A stretch of 63,762 nucleotides of DNA, filler included, from Collodictyon triciliatum (lineage: Eukaryota), in the NCBI GenBank assembly GCA_043381765.1. It is 5 parts of 5 records of this genome, joined end to end, with 100 filler letters (N's around TTAATTAATTAA, not from the genome) between each part and the next. Parts side by side here need not be neighbours in the genome. Positions count along the whole stretch, not along the records: positions 1 to 17,563 come from JBHJMP010001443.1; positions 17,664 to 36,995 come from JBHJMP010001444.1; 3 more parts are not named here. One strand, given 5' to 3'. Position 1 is the first letter of the stretch, and every line of letters starts with the position of its first letter. The position numbers and the translations under genes were made by a program. The notes under the pieces are model-generated. The model searched no databases. It was not told the origin of the DNA and worked only from the letters and a program-made list of their open reading frames with translations. Positions 10,801-30,536 of this stretch are shown piece after piece.

Positions 10801-13800
10801 ATATGAGAAGATTGCTGGGTATGCTTTCGGGAAGAGCTGTAATCAACATGAAAAAAAAAGATGTGTTGCTTGAATAAGAAATTATAGAATCATTCACAAT
10901 ATACCTACTGTCGAAAAAATTGTTTTGAGCTATGATGCCTCTCAAGGATGCAGAGTCTTTGAAGGTGGGTATTGATCCTATGGTTCAAATGAATTGCGCA
11001 CACATTAAACTACTATACCAAGGACATGTCTTGTGGATATCTGAAGTGTATTAGATAGAGGTCTTTTTGGTATACCAGTGAGTCGGTTATTGTTTATCAC
11101 AATACTTTCTAGGTTGCGAAGTGACATAAAATCTGATATTGGTCCTTTGTTGAAATAAATGTGAATAATGATATCGTCATGGTATATACATGTGATAAAG
11201 TATGGCTAGTCTCACCAATAGTTGGTAAATCGTATTTCATATTTTAAAGAATGGAGACCATGTAAGATGAATACCTTCAAATCGATTATTCTCTATGTCT
11301 ATGTTCACCAACGAAGGTAAATACGAAGGTGGTAGCACGCCTAATCATAATAAATTATAAGGAAATAGGTGATTTATTCACACATACCTAATAATTTTTC
11401 CCATGAACACAGCCACGATGATATTTTTGTGTACCACTAAAGTTGTTCATGCTTAAGTGAATTTCCTGAATTCTGGGTAGCTCAAGATAAGGGAGTTCAC
11501 CTTTTGAATTAAAATACAGTCAATACAAACCCTGTTATTCATGTCATCCAAATTGAAGAAAATCAAGGGGGAAAGAATAGGAATATAAAGCAACTGGCTG
11601 GAAATATGTACACGAAAAATCTGCGACGTATTAGCATCAAAATAAAGAAAGCTTACCGGAAAGCTCATTTAAGCTAATGCTAATATTCTCGATGAGAGTC
11701 AAGTTTTTGATGTCTGGGATGCTTCCTTAAATTCGACGTGCAAAGTAAATAAATGAAAATTAAGACTTTGATATAGTAATAATAATATCAGTGATAATAA
11801 TAAATTGAACGAGAAAGAACTATGAAATTTTTTGATTATTTGATGAAGGGCTCACCCCTTAAACGATTGAAGCTCATAAAGTATATCAGCAGAAATGGAT
11901 TATTTGTAACTGGAGCAAGTACTCCTGTTTTAAGGAAAATTAAGAGCCATTATTACCGGCGAGGAAACACATATGAATTACTATATATTCATTCACACCA
12001 GAAAACGAGTTCCCCCAGCCAATTATGGAGCGCAGTTCGAATGAATTGGGTAAGGCAGGTACCCCGCCTTAATAGAAAATATGATTTATGAGCCAAATTT
12101 TTTTGTTGAAAAAATTAATTAACAACAAGGATGAGATTGTACTCGGGAATAGGTATTTTATCTTTCTTATTAACGAGTTCCTTAACCACCTTCGAAGTTG
12201 TTTTCTGAAAAAACAAAGTATTCCAAAGAGCTGTAGTTGAGCATACTTGGTATTGTCCCTGTTGCGATAATAAATATATTGATAATGACTTGTGATTAAA
12301 TAAATATTGATTTAAGTGCATCACTCCTCGATTATTCCATTATTCATGGTAGATATCTGTTCAGACTAACCTGATAAATAGTTTGTGTATATGTGCAGAG
12401 TAAGGACTTTCTCAGGATAACGAAGAATAGGAAAATCACCTAGGTATATATCAATTTATTCAATTTACTTTTCAGTACCGATAATGATGCCAGATGCATT
12501 ATCATGACCATTAAACTCAGAAACCTTTCAGGTTGTTAATCTCGATGAATATCTCTTCTAATACGCCGCAATTAGAGAAAGATGGTATGGTGCCTAGAAG
12601 AAAGTTATATGTAAAATGAATTAATCACGGAATAAGATTTTGATTAAAAGTCAAGTTTTCTTTCAGATTTTTTTAAATTACCTGTAAGATTGTTTTCTCC
12701 TAAGGAAATTCGTTCAAGCAAAGGCAAGCAACAAAAGTTTGGTATATTCCCTAGAAGATTACCGTACTTACAGACTTTAATAATCTTGCCAAAGTATGAG
12801 AATGAAACAGAAGTTATATATTTTTCTTATAACAGAGTTATTAAAAAATTGAACTGATTTTGAGTAAAAAGAAGTCCAACCTGAAAGATTATTAATTCTT
12901 GAGGACAGTTTCCTTAGTACTGGTAATTCTGTGAAATCGGGAATATTTTCTGTTTGCCGTTATTAAAAATTGGAAGTAAGAGATGTGATAATATAATATA
13001 ATTAAGATGAATTTTGAGAAATTAAGATAAGGCACACTAAGTAAATGTTTCTGAATTATCTGCAGCTTTCATAGGCGGGTTTGACTCATTCACCTGATAA
13101 CATATTGCCTCTTATTTCCAGCACTTCTAGCTTCGGCATGTGTTGGAAATTTGGGATGAACCCTGGTGGAAATATGCCAGCAGATATTTAAGTAGGTTAA
13201 ATAAAAGGTTTCACAGACTCTCAAAAAAAGTATTTTTTTTTTTTTTACAAATTAATATTCGATAATAGTGGTCTGATATTATGATTAAAGAATCAACCAT
13301 GCAATTTGTTTTGCATAAGTATCAGATCGACCAAATTCGGGAGCTTCATATCAGGTATCAGTCCGAATATATTGTTAAAGGAGAAGTCTACAAGTGTGAG
13401 CAATGGCATCATCTCCAAGTATACAGCAGCATCACTCATCAAACCCGTAGCATTAATTCCCGCATCTTTGTGACGCTTCAGGTCGATCTTAATTACATCA
13501 CAATCACCAAGCTAATATTTTGATGATTCAATGAGTAAATTTAATATAATATAATAAAATAAAATATATAATTATATAACGATGATTAAGGATAGCCTAG
13601 GTAAGGAAATTTGAGGCTAAAGGCGAGCAGTTTCATGCACAATTGGCAACAGCGTACAATATATGATATGCATACCAAACACGTGGCATTGTTGCATCTC
13701 GAAGTGTCACATGTAACTCCGAACCAGGAACAATAACACACTTTCCGTTGGTTCCAATTAAAGCTGACCGACCAAAAATCTCCGTGAAGTGCATCATACA

Positions 13801-14495
13801 ACCCGCCTAAAGCGTCGTAAGGGTTGATCCCAAGCCTACTCACAGATCGGTTCGCATATACGGCCTCTTTATTTTCAAGTGCCGATGTGTAAGGGTTTGC
13901 AAAGTCGTCAGCGTGTCCATTTTCTTCGCTTGATTGGTCATCACATTCGTCGTTATGCATTTCCAAGAGCAAAGCTATGGCTGAGTCTCTATCCATGTTC
14001 TGGATGCTCCTTTTGTCCAGGGAGCAGAGACCATCAGCGTCTTTGCTGTTGAAGACAATATAATAAACAAAATGCGTCTAATTATTTTTGTTATTATTAT
14101 TCTTAATATTATTATTATTGTTGTTTGTTGTTTGTTGTTTGTTGTTTGTTGTTTTGTTGTTTGTTGTTTGTTGTTTGTTGTTTGTTGTTTGTTGTTTGTT
14201 GTTTGTTGTTTGTTGTTTGTTGTTTGTTGTTTGTTGTTTGTTGTTTGTTGTTTGTTGAAAGCCTTGCCATTGAAATCCGGAGAGTTGCCACTCTTTTTTC
14301 ACACGTATTATTCTTGTAATATCACACACAAAGACGTCAAGAGCTGCGAATAGCGAAATGGTGGGAAGAGTATGTTGTGCATCTATGGAGCAAAGACTAC
14401 CTGGCAACAACAGAGCCTACGAAGCCGGCAGCGCACAGAATCAGCACCGGTGCAATGAGCAGCAGTTGCGAGCGCTTCGAGAGGAACGTCGCCAT
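7820..14495 (-). CDS. Receptor-like membrane protein: signal peptide + plant-type LRR ectodomain + Cys-rich region + multi-TM C-terminus
   Basis: Exon 1 encodes a signal peptide (MATFLSKRSQLLLIAPVLILCAAGFVGSVVA). It is followed by an LRRNT cap (DALGGLYDALHGDFWSVSFNW..CYCSWFGVTC), ~20 GxIP..LxxLxLxxNxLxG repeats, a Cys-rich part (CRCLPGYYG; CEEGYTGRVCSKCKPGYGK) and a TM region with WYLNGYPWLRC, RFGFLFVGYR and YQWEVIALVRRL motifs. Stop at 7820. Confidence 0.85.
14118..14256. repeat. (TTGTTTGTTG)n intronic microsatellite
   Basis: Directly visible, in the first intron of the LRR receptor gene. Confidence 0.95.
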
Positions 14496-14979
14496 CCTTT
14501 CTTGCGGCCGTGGAACTCTTTGCCTCTGAGCGGGGACGAAGCAGGAATCGCTGGGGTTTCTGTATTGTTCGCCTGCTTTGAAATAACAGAGTCAAAAGGC
14601 TTAAAAAACAAAACAAAAAAACAAAAGCTGTCAAAACGTTTTTCAAAACGGGTTTCAGAACTCAATTGTCGACTGACTAATTGTGGAATACTTTGACACT
14701 TTTTTTCTGCTTTGAAAAATGACTTCTGCAGTGATGCAAAGTAAAAGAAAAGGACATAAAATAAGAGTCCAGAACGCGCCTCGAGCCGAAGAGAAGAATC
14801 CGCCTATCTCCCTCGCAAAGCTTTTGCTTCCCACACACAAAGCCTGTGTGTCCATCTCTTTTTGCAGTCTGGCGTAGACGAGAACACATCCTTTCTGTCT
14901 GACATCTCGGTCTTCCAAATCTATCTGCATCGCTTGCCGTCGAGTCGCTCTTGGCAACCAGAACAACACAGTCAAATAC

Positions 14980-14980
<1 letters not shown>

Positions 14981-15060
<80 letters not shown>
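14981..15060. repeat. poly(A) tract, 80 nt
   Basis: Directly visible, upstream of the GAF gene. Confidence 0.95.
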
Positions 15061-15062
<2 letters not shown>

Positions 15063-15179
15063 AGACATTATGATATTATATTTATCTAACTATATAGATA
15101 AATATAATATCACTTTAAATATACTGAACAGAATATCCACAAAGATCAAGGAAAGTAGCTCGCACACGAAAGCCTTGGA

Positions 15180-17310
15180 ATGTTCCGCAAGTTCATCCGT
15201 CTGCGCGGAAAGAACGGCGGAGAAGCAACCTTCGAGACGGAGGACTCGGCCTCTCCGCGGACCTCTGCAAGTGCATCTGCTCCGTGCACGCCGAATCGCA
15301 GCGACTCATTCGAAGCATCGCTTGTGCAGAATCAGACCGACTCGGCAAAGAGCGACCCGCCCAGTACACATCCTGCAACCGGCTCGCAGCCTGACGAGTC
15401 GTTCGCACAGATCAGCACGTCGGACGTCTGCGTGGAGCTGGAAAGCGAAGCAGGTCGTCCGATGCAGAACACACGCACGGAGCAGAATCCACACGTATCG
15501 TCATCGTCATCGTCATCATCACCGCCATCGTTGCCGTTGCCGTCGCAGTCGCAGTCGCTTAATGCTCAGCAGAGAGCGTCTGGTCAGCCTCAGGTAGAAG
15601 TGAGTACACTCTCCTGCTTTGTCGCCCTCTGCCTCCCGTATCCCTGCAATAATTATTACTGGGCAGTAGCATGCATATTAATTCAAAAAAAAACAAGCAA
15701 ACGGAAAAAAAGTCACAAATAATAATAATAATAAAAAAAACACTAGTAAAAGGTGAACGATGTTCTTGCTATATTTTCAATCAGGATGCAAGGTATCGTG
15801 ATGTAGAGCGAATGCTTGGTAAACAAGTATTATTTTATATTAGATATATCTTGATGATGAGCATACGGATATGATGCCTGCGCCGATAAGCCCACGAAGA
15901 ATCACATTCACTGATAACGGGCGAAAGCGCTCTGCCGTGATTATTCCAGTCTTTTCTGCACCAGGTCTCTCTATGTGTTTCATCTGTCTTTTTAGCATTT
16001 TCCTTGCGTTTCTTTTCGATGGATAACAACTAGCATATTTTTTTTTATAATAAATCATTATGTTGAATGTTTCTTAATGCCACGATTATAAAAATAAAAT
16101 TGCAGCTTTTTACAATGGAAACGTGTCTCGCGACCTGTTTATGAGCCAAATGGCAGCTCTCCCTTCCACGTCGCTTATGGACGGCCTCTCGAAGACTTAT
16201 GACCTTACACAGCAGCTCAGCAAAGTTCTTTCGATGATAAACAAACTGTCAGCCGAGGTGAGCTTATGTCATACTTGACTCATGTGTGGGAGTCTATTTG
16301 AGTTTTTCTTGTGGGAATAGCAAGAGTATCGGTAAACCAAGTATTGAAAAATAACATAAATAAAAATAAAAATAGACTGACTTGGGGTCTGCAGTCTCGT
16401 CAATCATCGAAATTGCATATTCACTGATTCAGACGGAGAAAATCAAAGTCTACATAGTGGACTATACAACGGTGAGAAGGCTATAGGAAATGTCTGTAAA
16501 TGTCCAAAAGGGGGGCTCGTGATACATAAACTAATGTAGACACCAATCAAATGCATCACAACAAAACAACAATATTACAGGGTGAGATTGTGAACCCAAT
16601 ACCGATACCAGGAGAAGTCTCTAAGGCTGCGCTGGGAACCGGTCTTGTTGGTCATTCAGCGATGTGGGGCGAAATCATCAACATTTCTGATGCATGTATG
16701 TCCTTCATTCCTGTTCTTTTGGTTCCCGATGAAGAACCTTGTAGTCGATGCGTACTCGAGTATCATCAACTGATCTTCTGATTCAGGCTTCATTTGCGTT
16801 TAATTCTAGACCAAGACCATCGCTTCTATCCAAAAATTGATGAGGGGAAGGGTAAACTGATTCCAATTATTGAAATTTATATGCTATTAATTAATATTTT
16901 GCATGCATTGTGGGTGTTGTGTGTTCCAGTATGCAATTTCATCTTGGTGATATACCTATTTCTATTTTCATGTATTGTATTGTGTAGGAATGTCTGCAAA
17001 ATCCGTTCTTTGCATCCCTGTTCGAGACCACCTGGGTCGCACTGTTGCTGTTATTCAGGCAGTGAATAAAGTAGCATTCTTTTTAACATACATTATTTAT
17101 TGCTATTGTTCTGTGAACATCTTCTATCTTGGTACGGCCACTTTCTGTGTCACAATAATTATCTCATTGATTTATTTATGCCATGATTGGTATAATAAAT
17201 ACTAAATAAGCTTATTGATACACCTTCGCCTTAGATTGCCGATCCGTTCACGTCCGCTGTTGGGAGCTTCACCCGGGACGACCAATCAACCATGGAGCTT
17301 ATTGCAACAG
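15180..17310 (+). CDS. GAF-domain protein (cyclic-nucleotide phosphodiesterase-type GAF), 3' truncated by the assembly break
   Basis: A low-complexity N-terminus is followed by spliced GAF motifs: GTGLVGHSAMWGEIINISDAYQDHRFYPKID, AKSVLCIPVRDHLGRTVAVIQAVNK and FTRDDQSTMELIA. No catalytic domain is visible before the linker. Confidence 0.8.
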
Positions 17311-17563
17311 TTCAGTGACGTGTGATTCATGACAAAAAAAAACAAAAAACAACCAAATATCCAGTCTAACAGAAAGCATATATTCGAATTATCCATAGCA
17401 TATCATGTCTTTAAACAAAACAAAGCCAAACAAAACAAAACAAAACAAAACAAATCAAATCAAAACAAAACAAATCAAAACAAAACAAAACAAAACAAAA
17501 CAAAACAAAACAAAACAAAACAAAACAAAACAAAACAAAACAAAACAAAACAAAACAAAACAA

Positions 17564-17663
17564 NNNNNNNNNNNNNNNNNNNNNNNNNNNNNNNNNNNNN
17601 NNNNNNNTTAATTAATTAANNNNNNNNNNNNNNNNNNNNNNNNNNNNNNNNNNNNNNNNNNNN
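17564..17663. other. Artificial contig linker (N-run + TTAATTAATTAA + N-run)
   Basis: A 12-mer with stops in all six frames at 17608-17619, flanked by N runs. Genes on both sides are cut. Confidence 0.95.
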
Positions 17664-17664
17664 A

Positions 17665-17980
17665 GAAAAAAAATAGAAAGAGAAAAATAGAAAGAGAAAA
17701 ATAGAAAGAGAAAGAGAAAGAGAAAGAGAAAGAGAAAGAGAAAGAGAAAGAGAAAGAGAAAGAGAAAGAGAAAGAGAAAGAGAAATAAGAAAAGAGAAAT
17801 AAGAAAAGAGAAATAAGAAAAGAGAAATAAGAAATAAGAAAAGAGAAAGAGAAAGAGAAAGAGAAATAAGAAAGGAGAAGAAAGAGGAGAAAGAGAGAAA
17901 GAGAGAAAGAGAGAAAGAGAGAAAGAGAGAAAGAGAGAAAGAGAGAAAGAGAGAAAGAGAGAAAGAGAGAAAGAGAGAAA
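17665..17980. repeat. (AGAGAA)n-type compound microsatellite
   Basis: Directly visible, in the first intron of DDX49. Confidence 0.95.
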
Positions 17981-18006
17981 AGCCACAACAAAGCACAAAT
18001 AAGAAC

Positions 18007-18154
18007 CTTGCAGAAGAGGAGGAATGCACTGCTGCTGGATGGGTGTTGGCCTGCGAATACCAACACTCGCAAGATTCTGGACAAGCCACGGAGCGACGCC
18101 CAATTGAGAAAAAGTCCGTACTTTGCTTTGATCGTCCTCTGTCGGGGTCGCCAT
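18007..18154 (-). CDS. DDX49: DEAD-box RNA helicase DDX49/Dbp8-like, first exon only
   Basis: The Q-motif region TFSQLGVAPWLVQNLASVGIRRPTPIQQQCIPPLLQG ends at a GT donor. The rest of the gene lies beyond the contig end. Confidence 0.7.
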
Positions 18155-19499
18155 TCTTTGCGTCTGCCTTTCTCACGAGTCCGTCAACGCGATCGAATGT
18201 GCTGTGAAAGTTAAAGAGTTCAACGACCTTGCGAGACATGGCGAAAGGAATACGGTGCCAACCACACAACCCTGCGAATAAACAAGCTCCTCTTTCAGCT
18301 GATACTTCATTTCTTGTTGAAAAGTTTTGGAGGCCATTGGCACAGTGAATAAGCATATGATTCTATTCTCATTTTCCCTTCCTTATGTTTACTTTTTTCT
18401 GACTTCGTATTTCTTTCGCCCTTGTTGTGTGGCTTTGTCTGTGCGCACCCTTTGCATATCGTCGTGTCATTCTTCCAAGTTTAACTCTTTCATCATCTTA
18501 AGATAGGTCGGCCAGGCATCAGCTCTTCCGTCCCAGTGGCTTATCATCGGAGAAACAGGCAGCCCACACCCATCCCCCTTCATTGCACAGCTTAATTCTT
18601 TTCATGACATCGAGCCGGAGTCGGACTGAGCCATTCTACTTGCGCAGGGATTCTCTGACTTCAGTCTTCCATGAGAGTTCCTCGGGGCTGTACACATCAG
18701 CCTTATGCTTATCTTTTCATAATCAACAGGAGTTTGGGAAAAAGTGATGAAAAGGCTATGAAGACGAAACGAACAAGTAAACTGGGGTATCCTCTGGATT
18801 TTCAACCCAATAAGAGAATCTTGAGTCTCTCAGTGGTAACGTCGATATGAATGACAGAAGTCCCCTTATTGGTAAGTAACTGGACTTGGCCTGATACACA
18901 GTTTTTTTTTTCGCTGAGAGTCTAACACCCACGAAGCCGTATTTGAATCGGGTAAAGGAAGAAAAAGAAACACGCGCACAGCCATATCTAAAAGATGTCA
19001 TTAATAGATAAATGGGGAAGATTTGAGGAATTACCCCAATGGGTCTTTACAGGAAGCATCTTCCTCATTTCAAAGAACGGTAGGTGAACCATTCATCGCA
19101 ATCCAAATCAATAACGTGTGTGAGCACTCCTTATAGACTATCGACACAAGCCTTGACTCAAGAGCTCTTGATGGACCTCTAGGTGAACAGAAATAATCTC
19201 AGAGAACCAGATGAAAATAAGAAATGGAAGCCAAGGAGCCGAAGAGCAAGCCTTTTCTTTTTATAGGGAAATCAACCAGCAATACCATAACAGACTCTTC
19301 GCAGGATGCCTTATTGTGCAGAAGGACTGTGCCCCAATTAGCCACAATTTCTATTCATACAAATAGACTATATTTCAAGCCTCCATCCATATTATAAGGT
19401 CTATGGAACATGGAACAAAAACGGGGACGCTCAATCAATCATCAAGACAGAGTACTAGTAAAGGCTAAAGTAAAGCAAGCAATTTTACAGAGCGATATA

Positions 19500-19704
<205 letters not shown>

Positions 19705-19936
19705 GTTGTTTTTGTTTTCGTAAAAAAAAGTGAGAAAAGGTGTCCTTCAATTTTCATGATACACGACGGAAAAAAAAAAAACACTATTAATGGTGGTAAT
19801 GAAATACCAAATGCAAAATCACATATATTTATTGAACAGGAATCTAAAAGATTTTCTCTCCACCCCCATTCCACCGCAATAGCAGAACATATATAATTAA
19901 TAATGGAACTTTTTATGTTAAAAGAAGAGCTCACGG

Positions 19937-23239
<3,303 letters not shown>

Positions 23240-23729
23240 AACAGAATGGTTTTTCTTTAGAGAAATAAATAAACAAATAAAAAAAAAAAGATAATAGAAC
23301 CATTTCATATATTAATTTATCGTTTTTTTTTTAACTTTTCTTCCTACTTCCTATCATATTTGCGTAATTATCGACACCAAAATCCAAAAAGTAGACTGGT
23401 TATGACACTTATTTCGATGATTAACACTCAAAAAACATTTGAAAACGTTTGCAAACAAACAAACAAAAAAAAAAAAATTAATCGTGAGTACAAGCGGGGG
23501 AATTACGGTTGTCCGCCGATTGCTCGGACTCATTTTTAGTGGCTTTTCCTTCAGTCTTTCCCAAACATACAAAATTTGAACCACCCATCGAGATTACAAA
23601 AAAGCGTGTCATAGGATGATGCATATGTCGAGTGTATGTATGAATGCATGAATGTGGGTGTGGATGCGCCCGAGAGGCAATCCGAAAGAAAAGGAAAAGG
23701 AGGGTGACGAGGGCATGTTTCTGACGAGA

Positions 23730-29203
<5,474 letters not shown>

Positions 29204-29504
29204 GCTTCTTTCTTTCTTTCTTTTTTCTTTTTTCTTCCTTTTTTTTTCCTTTACAGTTCTCCCTTATTGCAGTGGTTTTCTGCTAGGTGTTGTGTGTTGC
29301 GGCGTTTCTGACTTGCTCGTCTTTGCAGTCGGGTTGGCGGGAGTCTGCAGTCTCGAGGCAACTTTTTGGGTGGTGGTGTGTTTGTGTGTATTTGCGCGTG
29401 AGCTGAAAAAGAAGATGTTGAAGCTTTGGAGTGGGCGGATGGGGTGAAGGATTAGAGGATGTTGTTGGATAATGTTATGAATCGGCTGCCTTGCAAAGTT
29501 GTTT

Positions 29505-29603
29505 CCTTTTCTTTTCTTTTTTCTTTTTTCTTTTTTCTTTTTCTTTTTCTTTTTCTTTTTCTTTTTCTTTTTCTTTTTCTTTTTCTTTTTCTTTTTCTTT
29601 TTC

Positions 29604-29664
<61 letters not shown>

Positions 29665-29780
29665 NTTTCTTTTTCTTTTTCTTTTTCTTTTTCTTTTTCT
29701 TTTTCTTTTTCTTTTTCTTTTTCTTTTTCTTTTTCTTTTTCTTTTTCTTTTTCTTTTTTCTTTTCTTTTTCTTTTCTTTT
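29505..29780. repeat. (TTTTTC)n microsatellite
   Basis: Directly visible. Confidence 0.95.
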
Positions 29781-30536
29781 CGATCTATTTTGGTCAAAGC
29801 TTCTGGTTGGTGAGAAAAGGCGGCTATCTGGAAGTCGGCTATGGACAAAGATTGCAGCCTTGATAATACTGAAGAACAAGACACGCCGCCCCGTGAAAGC
29901 GCCACACCCGCGCAAAGGAAGGACGACAGCAAACTCTGCGCGTGAGGCAAAAAGGAGCCCCGAGAGAAAGCAGATGCGTGATCAGTGCTGATTTGTGCGG
30001 GACGGATTCAAACATTCAAAGTGTCGCCGAAGATGGTATGGATGACCGCTCTTTGGCATAAGGAGGGCAATGAGCAAGTAAAGTCAGAGTCACAGACGCT
30101 CGTTCGCCAGATGCAAGGTTGGATTCTGCTTGTATTATAGATATGTCGATGGATGTATTGTGCCGGGTAAAGAAAAAGCTTAAGGATCTTCTAGAGGGTA
30201 TGTATGTGTCACAATGTCGCAATGATTATCATTCATTATAAGCCGAAAAGTGGATTCGCATATATATATATATATGAGTAATTCGTGGTTGGCTTTTGTT
30301 TGATTGCTCTTTTCTTTTCAAATAAGGCTTTTCAAAATAACTAGCGTGTATATTTGCGACTTAATATTATATGTATGATGGTATGTGTTATTTCGGTTTT
30401 TTCGATTCAAAGAATATGGGTGATATGTTAAAAGCCTGCTTTTTATTTTCCTTGCAGGAGAGCAATCCAATCGGCAATTCCATAGAGCCATATTCTGAAG
30501 GCTGTAAAAGTGGTCGACCGCCTCCTTGGGTGCTGC

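Noticed and set aside
17608-17619. Recurrent palindromic TTAATTAATTAA motif (four copies)
   Set aside because: It always sits between equal N runs and truncates genes, so it is an artificial six-frame-stop contig linker and not biology.
29979-29988. TGATCAGTGC shared upstream of kinesin-13 and EFHB (59409-59418)
   Set aside because: A single 10-mer match is expected by chance in a window of this size, and no further support was found.
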